A stretch of DNA of 61,405 nucleotides, filler included, from Platydemus manokwari (Eukaryota), in assembly GCA_037951405.1 (NCBI GenBank). It is 5 parts of 5 records of this genome, joined end to end, with 100 filler letters (N's around TTAATTAATTAA, not from the genome) between each part and the next. Parts side by side here need not be neighbours in the genome. Positions count along the whole stretch, not along the records: positions 31,773 to 49,498 come from JBBMOY010877754.1; positions 49,599 to 61,405 come from JBBMOY010462222.1; 3 more parts are not named here. One strand, written 5' to 3'. This document shows, in pieces, positions 39,101 to 53,039 of this stretch. How positions within the stretch are numbered: the stretch's first letter is position 1; each line of letters opens with the position of its first letter. Made by a program: the position numbers and the translations under genes. The notes beneath the pieces are model-generated. The model did no database searches. It saw only the letters and a program-made list of their open reading frames with translations, and was not told the origin of the DNA.

Positions 39101-41613
39101 GCTTTTCGAAAATGATTTCGTTGTGAGATTATAAAAGTAGACTATAACGGTTTTTAAAATAGCAGTACAACTAGGGAAGTTGTTTTAGTTTTATTTAAGT
39201 GGTAATAACTGTATCCGTTACAGAGGTCTATTGTACAAACAGATGGAGTTTCTGAGCTGGTATTTCAGTTGAAGTGACATGACTTGGTCCTTGTTTATAA
39301 CTAAAGTAACTGAACAATTTTCCGGGGTTGTAAATTTGCTGTGTAAATTGTATTAAGAAATATTCATTTAACACAGAAATTTTTACATTATTTTAAACAT
39401 CAATGTCAACTTAATTCATAGAAAGGAGTCTGATTGAAAATGAAGAGCCTGTTAAGTTTAAGTAGCTCCCAACTTAACATCACCATAATTAATTAAGTTT
39501 AATTTTTATTTAATATAATCATAGATACTGCATAAGCAATTCGTTTTATTTAACAGATAGAAATTTAACAGATCGCTCGCATTGAGAAAGAAATCGATTT
39601 AGCATGCATAAATTTCTGTTTCGGATTTTGAATTTAGTCTGAATGGAATATTACGAAAAAAGACACTTGAAGAAAATAGGAAGGCCAGTAGAGGGTTAAA
39701 TATTTACTACGATGAATTATATTCATCAATAATATTCCGATTCTATAATAGTTGCACCATCCTTTAAACTAGAGACAATATTTATAAACAATAAGATCAA
39801 ATTCTTGCTCATTTTGCTGAGATAAATTCATAAATTTGATAATATTTTGATATAAATAATTTACGGAATCAAATAATGGTTCAGTGAATCGTGAGATACA
39901 TTTTTGAAAAATTGCGTGATTATGGAAATCAATCAAAGAAGTTTTGACTTATTTTCTAATGTAATTTTGAGTTAAATTTCTTAATTTTTCAATCATATTT
40001 GATTTGATTAAAAAATTATTATTAAGAATATTTTGTCTATAAAGAGTTTCATTGAAATCTCTATTGGTCGGGTCACACAATTTTAGAAATGATCATTATC
40101 ACAATATACACCATGGATTGGCTTTAGATGAATAACGAGGAGATTTGAAATTTATTTTATCAAGATTCTCAACTTATGAAAGAGTGATCTTACTATCTTG
40201 AAGTTTTGTTCAGTCGCAATCAGACTTATTAAGTTATTAAAATAGAATAAGCATTTATTTACTCATTAACCCACAGCATCTATTTGATTGGCAATATTTT
40301 AATTTGTCTGATATTTATGCAATGCTTGTGGATCACTTTCCAATAATTTGCAGTCACCATCATTATCAGATTTACAATCATTTTACTGATAACTCTACAA
40401 TTTCAGATCAGTAATTCCAACATCTAAATTATCAAATCTCCAACCTATTTATCACTCTCAATATATCTAATCTATATTGAACCCGAATCTTCAAATTCGT
40501 CACATTGAGAATTCGGATAAAATCAAAGATTTTTAAGAAATGAGGATGTGAGGATTTATAATTAATAAAAATTTGAAAAATTTTGAAATCAGTTTATTAT
40601 AAAATACTAATTTGTTAGAATAACTGTAATTAAAATATAATTTTATTTCGTCCAAAGCTCGTTATATAAAATATAGCGACTTACAAACATATTTTTTCAA
40701 TTAACCAATTATCAAAATTTTCTAATACTCGCCAAAATAAAAATGAAGTCATAACAACTCCATAAACATTGTTTATTATTTTGGCTATTTTTATTCTCTA
40801 TTGGTGATATTTTTTTTAATAGCTACTAATTTATTTATAAGAAATTATTTATTGTACGATTTATCTGGGTTGGTGTAGGTTAAATATTATTTTATGATCG
40901 TTATTTATTAAATATTATTTTTTATATTAAAAAAAATTCATAATAATAAATAAAAGTATATTAAATCAAATTATAGAGAATAACAAGAGGATAATATATG
41001 ATTCAAAAAGTTATGATTTAATTAAAAATAATTGATGCTGATCAAAATTGCAGAGGCAACATCTGCCTCTATATTAGACTATATAATGTCTCGACAGATT
41101 TTAGAAATTCACCAAAAACCAAATCAACTACTCAGCGGAATAAAGACAGATTCTACGAGTAGACAATCGGTTTTGTTTTCATTGTTGTTCCTTTTCCTAT
41201 TAACTAAAATTATTTGACACCGTTTCAAATTCTTTCACTGTCATTCATTTTCGGATTCATTCAGAAATATTCATTTTGACAGAATTTATTCCAGCATTTT
41301 TTAGTTCAAATAATTATTAAAATTGCCAACTTTTTTGATCCTATTTTCTTCTGTATAAGTTTGTTATTTAGTAAAAATCCATATGAATTGATAGATTGGG
41401 TTGAATATTGATATAGCTTTTAAAATAATCATATTTATTACAGTTGTGTTTTAAATTATCTTGGGTCAAAATATACACATATACCATTTGGAACATTGAT
41501 AATTTTCTCAAAGTGATTTAGAGATTATCTTCTTGTCATGCAGATTTTGACATAGATTACTTCGCCAGTCTTTTAGAGTAATTTAAATCACTATATTATG
41601 AATAGCGAAAATG

Positions 41614-41663
41614 TCATTTAAACCTCTTAACCTTCAGCTAATTTTTGTGGTTTTGTTACCATA
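41614..41663 (+). repeat. 50-bp direct repeat, left copy (probable target-site duplication)
   Basis: TCATTTAAACCTCTTAACCTTCAGCTAATTTTTGTGGTTTTGTTACCATA; 48/50 identical to 42091..42140. Confidence 0.9.
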
Positions 41664-42090
41664 TTGCCAGTGAAATCAAAACGAAGACCCGATTCGGAAT
41701 CTCTCTCTTTGTATAGGAGTTCTCGGTTCTTGGGATCCGATGAACAACAAACTCCTAACCAACATCGAACTTACTAAGCCACAAATCACCTTCATCGCCG
41801 GCTATTTAATCAGCACACTTCTAAAGGATGCCTACGTCACCTACAAAGCTCATACCGACAATCGAAACCTCAAGCCACCATCCTGGTCAAAAGCATTCAA
41901 CCAGCTAGCAATTAACAATCACAACTGATAGTAACTCTACCTACTAGACAATCGAGCAATTCTCTAAAAATCTCATACAAGCAAGCTTATCAGACGCATC
42001 AAAGGATTAATCAATTTTATACAAAGATGTGAGAGCTTGTGCCACCGCATCGTGAAGATATTTATGCTAATATTAAATAAATATTATCTC
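41664..42090 (+). mobile_element. 5'-truncated non-LTR retrotransposon with restriction-like endonuclease (NeSL/R2/R4-type), 3' end
   Basis: IASEIKTKTRFGISLFV/GVLGSWDPMNNKLLTNIELTKPQITFIAGYLISTLLKDAYVTYKAH (one frameshift) resembles the C-terminal VGALGSWDPxN...IYxxH segment of NeSL-clade ORFs. It is followed by a 3' UTR with AATAAA at ~42076. Confidence 0.7.
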
Positions 42091-42140
42091 TCATTTAAAC
42101 TTCTTAACCTTCAGCTAATTTTGGTGGTTTTGTTACCATA
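42091..42140 (+). repeat. 50-bp direct repeat, right copy
   Basis: 48/50 identity with 41614..41663. Confidence 0.9.
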
Positions 42141-45100
42141 AAGGCTACTGAAGTCCCACCAGAAAACCACGCACATAACATAACATAAATTTTATTTTAC
42201 AAAGAGAAAGTTGTTCAAAGACTTCAGTCATTAGATTGTATAAGTAACAGTTTCTAGGATTTAATATATTTTCTACCATAATATGAAAAATGCAGATCGA
42301 GTGAGTATTTTACTTGAATGATTTAGAATAATAGAATTCACATGATAATAAATTTGCAAATAGGCTACACAGACTACACTGTCAAATTGAATATTGATTT
42401 GAATGGAAGATATCTTTTTAATATATTTACTCAATGATATGACCAGAAATAGCCTTAATTGCAATGAAGCGATACAAGAATTATACGTTTCTTCAGAATA
42501 GCATGAATTATTAACGAACTATGATCAAATTAGGTAAGAAAAATTGTAGCTAAAATAAATCCCCTTTCGTGATTCAACTGATTCATTTTCATAGCAATCT
42601 TACTAAATGGGTTTAGGCTCTTTTTTCAGTTTATTTGCCTAGTCATTATTAATTTTATTAATAAAACAGCGATGTGATAATCGTTAATATAACTTGCACT
42701 TTTAGCAATTTTTCTGTATATCATCTCTTTCTTTTCTTTTTCCACTTCGTATTTTTATAAGTGGTTCAAGATTTTGTTTTTTGTTTAGTAATTCATGGTT
42801 AATTTAGGATGGTTTTAATTAATTGTTTGTGTGTATAATTTTATTTATTTTTTAGATTTTATATTCTTTTTAAATATTTTCACTTTTAAATATTGATTTC
42901 ACATAACTCTTCTTACCTAATATATAATCATTTATCTGAAAAAAGTAAACTTTAATCTTAAGGGACGAGACCAACATCACCGGTGTGACTGCAGTGATTC
43001 ACGTCAATGGCCAACTTTAAGGACAAAAAGGCAGAATGAATACCCAGTCTATTTTATGAAGAGTAATTTTTGAGATTTATTATAATTATTTATAGAGCCA
43101 AAATATTTACCATTCATTCAATGCGTTCCGATATACGAACTTATTCCCATGCTTTTTTAGTAACATTTAATCACTCGAAGTAAGTTGAATATCATATGGC
43201 ATTTATTTACTTCTGAGACGGGATATTGCTTTAACGGATCTAGTTGAACTGTGAATAATTTCTACTTAAATAAAGATAGTTCATGGGCATCCAATTTTAT
43301 TTCAACATGATATTTATCACCACAAGTTCTTGTCTATTAACCGTTGTATATCTAAATTTAAAAGCTGTCAAGATAGGAAAAAATAGACACTTGGTTTATG
43401 CTCTGATAGTTTCTGTTAATTTAAATTCTAAAATATTAATTCTTTATGACTATAACTTCTTTATTGTCGGTTTTCCGTCGAAAATTCACTAGAGACTTAC
43501 ATTTTTTTCGCTGGTTTTTCCGGTTGCATTCAAATCGTTTTAATCTAAATAATTTCCGACATTTAACAATTCATTTGCAGTAGATAATTCCCAATTGTTA
43601 TGGCTTTCAACACTTAATATTCCATGAATCCAATCATTCTAAGTGAGTGACTTAATGCAATATGTTAATGACGAAATTAATGAATAGAAAGACCAATTTT
43701 GTCAATATTTATTGATATTTATTATTAATATGTTTATTGATAAATCTTGTAAATGTTAATGAATTTGTTTAAATGCTCATTGCAATTTATTACAGTCTAA
43801 TGAAATGTCATTAAACCTGCAAGAATTTATTAAAAATGGTTCCAAATATTATTTTCATTAAATAATTTGCTTTCCGAAAATCCTCCTTTGGAAAAGCCCA
43901 ACTTTGGAATCCAATAAATCAAAAACAATTATATTATTAACAAAAATTATTTGAAGTAAATACGGATTTTTATATATTATTATTAATTTAATCAAACAAA
44001 TTAAATTTTACAATTTCATAAAATAGTTTTTACGATTCCATTTAAAATCCCATATATTGTCAATCAGGTTTTTCTTGCCTGAATAAGCATAAAAGAAAAA
44101 TTTTTAAAATTGATATAATTATTTTCATAAATTAACAGTTAACTAAGTTTTCTCTAATACTAAAATATTTCTCGGACGTGATGAAATTTTCATTAGACAA
44201 TTAATGATTTATTTTAGCCATCCGCCTACAATAGTCATTATTGGAGAAACTTTTATTTCAATGTTTAGAGTTTTATTTATTTATTATAAAATAAATACAG
44301 TATGTTATTAATAATGAATTATTAAATGATGTGACGAATAATGATCAAATCTAACATGATTTTTCAATTCGTAAAATCAAATTAGAGAAGCACAATGGGT
44401 GTATTCACCCGTAAAATTCTTTATCAAGCTATTAATATCATATTCCATTAAAGGGATCTTTATTAGTTCTTGAATGAATAGAAAATTATTCTCAGGCTCG
44501 ACAGCAAATAATCTTACATTCATCATTTTATTTTATGAGCTCATTTTGAAATTGAGATTATATGTAGTTGATGTTATAAAACGGTTTCGAGCAACACAAC
44601 TCTGGACACAGAGTCAAAGGTGCTGATGGAAAGTCTCGAAAAAGAATGATTGAGATTGATTTTCAAATGCAGGAGATTTCCTACTAAACGATGAATATTT
44701 GCAAAATGGAATGAAGACTTTTTGGCCAGAGGCAAAGAACAAGATAAACAGTATGCGAAAAGCAGTAGAATGAGATTCCGATGAACAAGAGGCAAAGAGA
44801 ATGCTGAGAGGAATGGGTGACGGATCTCGACAATAGAGATCACTTAAGAATATAAATGTTTTTATCCATTTTTATCTTAGTTTATCTTTTTCTCTTAGAT
44901 ATGCGATCATGAATGTTATGAATTCTCCAATCATTTATTACGCAATATATATTTTTGCATATGTTGTTTAACCAGTGTGAAAAATGAGTAATTTTTTAAA
45001 AATAAAATTATGTAGAAGTAAAATTCGTAATTACGCCATAATCGAAAGTTAGTCACAAATATTTAACTATGATATTATACTAAATATCATATTTAAATAT

Positions 45101-45400
45101 ATTGGTCAGTATTAATTTCATAAGGCAGGGGAAATGTTTTATAACGTACAGCAGTATTATTCAAAACATTTTTTGATGGTCACTAAAAATTTTATTTTCG
45201 ACATTGAATTATATTAAGACAAAATATTGATCGACTTTTAAAGATCTGGAATTAGCTCTGAGACCAGCCATCATCGAAATAGAGCCAAGATTTGATGTGT
45301 TATGCGAAAATATGCAAATTCGTTGTTATTATTAAATATATTTTAATTTTTTGGTGTTGAAAAAATTGTTTAATTAAAAAATTATTATTTTTATTTTAGT

Positions 45401-45468
45401 CCCTAGGGGTCGCAAAAAAATTTGGAATCGTGAAATGGGTCTCAACACAAAAAGTGTGAAGACCACTG
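45401..45468. mobile_element. Isolated hAT (Charlie-like) MITE right end
   Basis: GGGGTCGC...TGGGTCTC...AAAAAGTGTGAAGACCACTG resembles hAT MITE termini; no matching left TIR found. Confidence 0.45.
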
Positions 45469-48400
45469 GCCTTAAGTATGACTACGTTATAAAGAATTAT
45501 TAGGTTTTGATTGGTCAAAACAACATATACATCACGGTTACTGGTTAAGAACAAGTATCACAGCACAGTGATCACGAATTTAAATAATTTCATGTATATA
45601 TGGAAAATTATTTAATTTATATATATATATATATATATAATGCTATTTCTATGATTGTCATTAAGATTCTAATATATCTTCAATTTCGCTAAGCCTTTAT
45701 TTATAATTTAATAGTATTTAGATTCGTCATAATATCTGGAGGAATAAGAATCGCAAATTCCAAAACTAAGATGTTTTACAAACGAAGTAACTCAGTGCAA
45801 TAAAATACTGAAGAATTCTGAATCCCGGGGAACCGCAAATAATAAAATTTTGTTAGCTGGATAAATTGAAGACAAAAGACTGCAGCTTTCGACACAGATC
45901 GGTTCTTTATTTCACATATTGTCCAAAGATATTTATTTTTTCTTGAACGAATTAATAGAATTTTAGTGGGAGTATAAAATATTTGAATTTTATTTTAAAA
46001 TAGATGATTCGAATGACATTTAGCGAACATATTAATTAAAGTTCTATGAACTTATAATTAAATAATATTTACACAAAAATTCAAATATCTTTATTAAAAT
46101 GTCAACTTTTTAAAGTTTGCTTCTTCCATATTGTTTATACGAAATTCTTAATTTGAATTGATTATCTTAAACAAATGTCAAACAAAAGTATATTTCTGGT
46201 AAACTTATGAATATTATTTAAGATGTGAAATTTTATAGTTTAAAAATCTATTTATATTTTTGCATTTCTAAGCATTTGGTTTTTAAGAAAAATATAAATA
46301 TGTTAAGATACAAATTTATCGATAAATCCAAAACATTTTACATTGAAAATGTCAATATACGAAAGTATATATGCGAAACAATATTTTACTGAAAATTTAT
46401 ATAATATATTTTTATTCAAAAATATCCGTGAGAAAGTAAAATAATATGATATTCTGAAAAAATATTTTTTCCATGTTTTCAATTCGGTATTTTTCACATT
46501 GTTCAGACAGTAAAATTTTATAGACGAGATCTTGTTTTCAACTTCGACATTTGTAATTAATGATTGTAAATTTTCTTCGTTTGAGATTTCAACTAAATTT
46601 TTCAAAAATACTGAAGTCGTGGAATAACAATATTCATTACATATAACTTTGCTGCAAAACTAATTCATTAAAAATTCTCATAAAATTGTACTAACAACCC
46701 AGACTGAATATTTGAGGGCTGTATCAGACCAAGTTCTTTCAAAAATATTGTTAGAAAATTATTAATTTTATTTTTAATTCAAATTTACATTAAGTAAAAT
46801 ATAATTAATCAAAACACAATACAATAAATCAGGAAGTCACAATCATATAATAAACTACAAACAAAAACATCACAAGTAATCTCAGCACTTGAAAGTTGAA
46901 GATGAAAAAGAATTAACGACCATTAAAAAAGTTCAGACCTAGAGTCGGGACTTTTTATATGCTACGATACGTCTATGTTGTATGTCATGTAGTATATAAG
47001 TTTTTATTTGCATGAACCCTCCAAACTCTGTTTGAGGTAAATTTTCATCTCTCGATATTGTTTTTGTGTAGTGGTATGCTTGTTCCTTTCTTAATTTATC
47101 CCCAAATGTATAATCTTAATCTAACAAACTATCGACTATTTAGAGATCTGAGATTAGATACTTGCAAGTGTAAAGATCGTGTATGAGTGTTATTTTTGTA
47201 AGTGTTTTGATAATGATTTTCAAATTATTTTTTACGTCCTAAACAATATTCACGCTGCGGGAACTAGAAATAAAAAAATAAAATGTTTCTGATTATTTAG
47301 GGTTTTACTCCAATATTTCACTGTAGTTTTCCCTTCGTTCTTCGGTTTATTTAAATTATAGGAATAGTTTATTTAAATTATAGGAATTTTATTTAAACTA
47401 TATAATTCATTATGGCAGGGTTGATAAAAATTCTGTCACCATAGAATTTGTGAAATTTAAAAATAAGTTTTGAAGGTAGAAGACTGCATTTCAAATTTTA
47501 TTTTTCAATATTTACAACGTCTTAAAATTGGAAGTCCTGTGTCATATTTGTAATAGATTTCTCGGTTCCTATTGTAAGTTGCTAACGCTTTTTCTTTTTT
47601 TATGTTGGATTCAAAAGTTATAATCTTTTAAACACACAAATAATATATTTTCACATTACATGTTTTCCAAGCAAATATTCTATTATTTTAAACATTCTTT
47701 AAAAAATTAATATTACAATTACTGCAATATTCATAAATTTGTTTGGTAAAATTGCCACATGTTTACGATAATTGGATTTCTTAATTATTCATCTGTTCTG
47801 GAAACGATAATTAGCTCAAAAACAGGTTTGCGTTGCATAAAATTGCTCGTAAAACTTTCTCTGTGTATTGAATATACAATTAGTGAGTTTTAACAACAAC
47901 TGAAAGTGTCAATATGCCCACTAATCCTTTTATATTATTAAACCTAAAATATTTTTCGGTTTTTTATATTTTGTAAATAAATATTTCATCTTACATGGAA
48001 GTTTTTAAATTTTTATAATTCAAAAAATCAATCAGGCAAGTTTTAGTGAAATTTCCTTCCCCTAAAGAATCTTAGATTAAGAATAAGATATTTTCTCCTA
48101 GCTATAAAATAAAATTTAGAAAGATATTGTTCTTTCTTTGATTAATTCTTGGAGACAGACAATATTTTGGTATTGAGCTTCCTTCACCAGCCAAATTATT
48201 ATACTTTAGCTGTGGGGTGTAAGAAATTACAATCGCTATGCTTTTAGTTTGTTATTAAAATGTAAGTATTGTTGAATAAAGACTAAATCACACAAAAACG
48301 ATTTTGCACCTTGGAATTTTTATTTAAGCTTTGCATGCATACACAACTGGACAGGTATTACAACCAGTCAATCAGAGAGAACTTAAATGGAAGATTCGAA

Positions 48401-49498
48401 AAATGAACATAACTACACAGTGACAAACACATAAGGATTGATCAATCATGATGACAAAAAATCAATATATCCAATAATAATATGAGAAACAAAAGATCAA
48501 ATCATAAATTGAATCAAACATTACATACAAATCTCAAGTATAAATACTGATGTAAAGATGGTCAACTGCCAGTTGGAAGTGGAGCAATATGAATCTTTTT
48601 GGATTTGATTTATAGAATATTTCAATGAATTTTGGAGTTGTTTGTGTACGTGGTGATTAATGCGATTGAATGAAATATATATTGCAGTCTTCAATTTTTC
48701 TGGAATTAACATAGTTATCATTACTAATCAGATTTATGAACAAATGCATATGTATGGACTTTGAATCGTCATTCACCAATATAATGTTTTATATAGGAAA
48801 CAAAACGGATAGCTCCGTCGTAAGAAACATTTTTAGTAGATTTTTGATTCTTATTTTCTGTTGTTGCAATTAATATAAAATTGTAATAGTCACTGGCTGG
48901 AATCCTGGAAAATCTTATAAATCTCACTCTTTTGGGAGTCGTCCTGTGAGCTAGCTTATTTCAGTGATGCATTAAAATATCTTATTATTGTTATTAATTT
49001 CATTATTTTTTAAATATTTAAAGTTTTTCGGCATCAATTCTTTTCAGTTCTTAGAAAAGAATCAAACTGATCATGGAATTAAAATATTCTTTTTCGTGAA
49101 AGAAGTAGATTCAGAAGACTTGGATTTCTATTTCATTTAAGAAATGTGGTATAATTTTAAAATAAGCTAAAAAATTTTAAAAAATGATAAATTAATATTT
49201 GATATTGTCTAATTATTGTTGAAGGAAATGTTTAAAAATCATATACTAGGCACTCAGACACCCACCCACTCATCTGTATATAGAGTCAGATGCTTCTATA
49301 ATGTCTAAGTAAAACCAAACTTATTATGTAAAACATGTTTCACGAATCATATAATTCAATACATAATTATAGATAATTATAAATAATTGATACTAGTGCC
49401 CTTGAGCGCACTCACTTCGGTACTCAAAATAATGTTATTAAACATACGTGCTTTCAAATAATAATATTTTCAAATAATCTACATGCAAAAATTTTGAA

Positions 49499-49598
49499 NN
49501 NNNNNNNNNNNNNNNNNNNNNNNNNNNNNNNNNNNNNNNNNNTTAATTAATTAANNNNNNNNNNNNNNNNNNNNNNNNNNNNNNNNNNNNNNNNNNNN
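49499..49598. other. Assembly gap/linker
   Basis: 44 N + TTAATTAATTAA + 44 N. Confidence 0.98.
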
Positions 49599-52500
49599 GT
49601 TATTATCAAATATCAGTAGCTCTGAAAATATCTGTTTCACATTTACATAATATTTACACATCTCGAAGAATTGCAACAGCCTTATTGTATATTTCTAATT
49701 GTTAGAAAGAATATCTATCACAATTATCGCGCAGAATGTTAAAATCGACAATAATATTCCAATCTTTGTAAATGTTGAGGTTTTCAAAATATAGGAATTT
49801 GTAAAACCATTGGCATGATACTAGGTGTATGTTGATATTGAATATTGATTTTCTTATATTTGTTATCATTGTCGATTTAATCAGTCTCGGTGAATTCTTA
49901 TTATGGCCGTAGCTGTAATCTACCTTATATACTTATTCTTCGCTTTGCACAACATTATTACGTGAAGATAATAGGCAAGGCAACAATAATATAATTTATA
50001 ATTTGACTTTAAATCCATTTATATTCTTATTGTCCTTATTATCCATATTTATCACTAAAGTTGTTTGCCTTAAAGATTTTTGTACCCTAAAATTATTATC
50101 ACCAGGGTTAGATAGGTCACAAAAAGATCCAAAATGTCTACGAAAAACATGAAAATAACCGCCAAATGCTTGGTGCACACAGTTTCAATAAACACTGATG
50201 GGAATACCCAATCAGAAACCCACCTAGAGCAAATCCATCGAAATTCCCTAAAATAATAAATTAATTTGTAAAATATTAACAAGTAATAAGATATCGTCCT
50301 TTAATATTGACAAATAAATTGCCATCTATTATCGCGCATGTAAATTCTGTTACAGAATAAAATAGTAGCTCGATTGAATTTAATCGAGAGATATTTTCCC
50401 TGCCTAATAAATCTATTCAGAGAGAATTTCTCTCCCCAGTGAATGAATTCTATCGATAAAATAATAAATTCACTGGCATTAAATATAAAGCAGCAGTCAC
50501 AATTAAAACTGCCATAGTTTTCACAATCTCAATTATTCCATTACTGAAGTCAAGTTTCATAATTCAACACACGATAGAAGACCATTCAATGCAGAAGGAC
50601 GGGTTTTTATATGCCTAGTATCTTACTGGAAGACCCCAAAGTAAGATCCATTCGTCTAAAGTACTGATTCATTATATATTGTATCGCTTATTTCCTATTA
50701 TCGAGTTTGATTCTCAAAAATCTTGAAGGTAATTGATTTTTCTCCGAGAGTAGTAGTTATCCAGTACTTTATCCAGGAGTTATAAGGTCCATTATAAGTA
50801 GAGGTTGATGTATAGTGTAGTTTTAAGATTCATTTGTAATTTTTATTTTATTATTGTTAATCGGCTTTGTTTTGTTGTTTATAAATATTTATAATAAATA
50901 TTTATAGTAGCAAATTTTAGTTATCATTCATATAGGGATCATAAAATTATTATTCATTTTCATTGGTATTAACATAGTTAATAGCTTCAATAGGTTTATG
51001 GGTTTAAACAATTTGAGACTGATTAAAATATATCACTACTGGCACACCTATTGTTTTCATACAACATCAACATAAGGGAGATTACACCTGTTGCCTTAAT
51101 CAAGAGCTCATAGATACTGATTAAGACAGTAGTGGTATCAAATAACAATAGGTTTAATAAATCAACAAGACCCGAACGTAACATACAACAAAAATTGATT
51201 TTAACCTTATCGATTCTAGAGAAGATTATGGTTAATGAGACTCCTTCGTTCTATTGGAACAAAACTGTTTCAAGATTAAGACATAGGTCGGCAAATGGAA
51301 ATATTTTGTTTCAGAATGTGATTTTAAATTGTAATAAATGCTTACTGGACTCGTTCTTCCAGTTTTGAAAACTGGATATAAACAAATTCTTGACCACCAC
51401 CACGGAATCTTCTTCCTTCAAATAAAATTAGTGAATAATAGATTAGCTAATATTGTTTCTTAGATTTTCCTAAAAGGTCCAATCAATGACTGTCACTACT
51501 GCCTTATAAAGGCATCCACGAGTTACTCGTAAATATTTCCTGTGAATATTTATTTTATGTCTAACATATATTTTTAGGCAAGTATTTATTAATTCAGAGA
51601 ATGTTCTCTCTAAATAAATTTACTATAGCAGAGAAATACTCTATGATTAAATTTATGTTTAACTAGCTAGTATATTTTAATTGGGTTTTCTTTCTTGAAA
51701 TGATAAAACTATTTTATAAATATTACTTAGTAACGTCATATTATTAATAATAGTAATAGCAATGTATATTCAAACTGTTGCAAAAATTTATTCGATAATT
51801 TTATTCATCAATACACAATACACAATCCATACATAATCAATACACAATCATTGTTGGATCATTATCAGTTTGCTGTGTTTAATAATTTCTTTTGCATTGG
51901 ATTGTCATTGAACTCCATCAAAACTATGATGCTCTAATACCGATTGGTAAAGTTTTTTGTCATTCACAAAGTATTTGGGATTTTATATAAATTCAATAAA
52001 TAATATTACGCATGTCGAGATGTGAACTGTTAAGCTCCAACGTTATAAGCGTAGTTCGTGAAGATATTAAGATATGCAATTAACTATCTACAAAAGACAC
52101 CAAAATTTAGACTGCGTTCCTCACAAGATTAATTGATCTAATAGTGATTTATTAAATAACATTCAATCCACCTTTGAAAACAAAATGAAAGTGGGAAAAT
52201 ATATCTAGATATATGTAACACCTTAAATATCATCAAAATAATACTGTAATAATAAAACAATAATCGATAATGACTTCAACACTGTAATATATTTAGATTA
52301 GTATTGACAATCCACGACATACTGGTGACAATCGTTATTTAGTGTTTGGTATTTGAGATTTACATCTCCGAATAATGATCCTTGTTTGGGTGTTGTAAAT
52401 CAATGGCTTACTGTAACTTTAATAATCCAAATTTAATTTCTTAAAATTGAAAATAATCGTAAATTTTGTTTCTGAATTTCAGTACTCCAAATTTTTGTGT

Positions 52501-52758
52501 GATTCGATAATTTAAACTGGTCTCTACAATGTTGTGTCGATTTTGGTACTTCTTTTGTGCCGACTCGTAAGACGAATGCTTACATATTTTTTCTTCTCAA
52601 TTCTCTGCCATTTTCGCTGGGAATTGTTAAATCTTGGGCGATTAACTTTATTCAGGTTGTTTCAATAGCATAACTGTCTTTACCTTACTTGGTTTTGCGT
52701 GATAAGGACAAATTAGTGAATTTTCCATCTGCTAATACTCCGATTGGATCAGATAAAT

Positions 52759-52881
52759 CAGGGGTGGCCAACCGGTCGATCGCGATCAACTGGTCAATCT
52801 TGAAGCCAATTTTAGTCGATCACGTGAGATGTTATTCAAATGAAAAGTCGATCTTACGTACACAAAAGTTGGCCACCTCTG
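52759..52881. mobile_element. hAT-superfamily MITE, 123 bp, with TIRs and 8-bp TSD
   Basis: CAGGGGTGGCCAAC ... GTTGGCCACCTCTG (13/14 inverted match); flanks AGATAAAT / AGTTAAAT (7/8); internal repeated GTCGATC motifs. Confidence 0.9.
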
Positions 52882-53039
52882 AGTTAAATAATTTCTCAAT
52901 TTCCCTCTAAAGTCTCATATCTGAAAATGTTATCGTCAAATGAAATGAGTGAATCTTTGAGAGTAAAGCCAACAAATAAAACTCAAATCTTTCAAAAAGA
53001 TAGAAAATTATTTAAATTTTTATGATTTTGTTATATTTA

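Noticed and set aside
39680-39700. piggyBac-like end (...AGAGGG|TTAA)
   Set aside because: No matching opposite terminus found; too short to support.
49996-50560. Hydrophobic minus-strand ORFs as a membrane-protein gene
   Set aside because: No consistent splice path or recognisable motif; hydrophobicity is expected from T-rich DNA.
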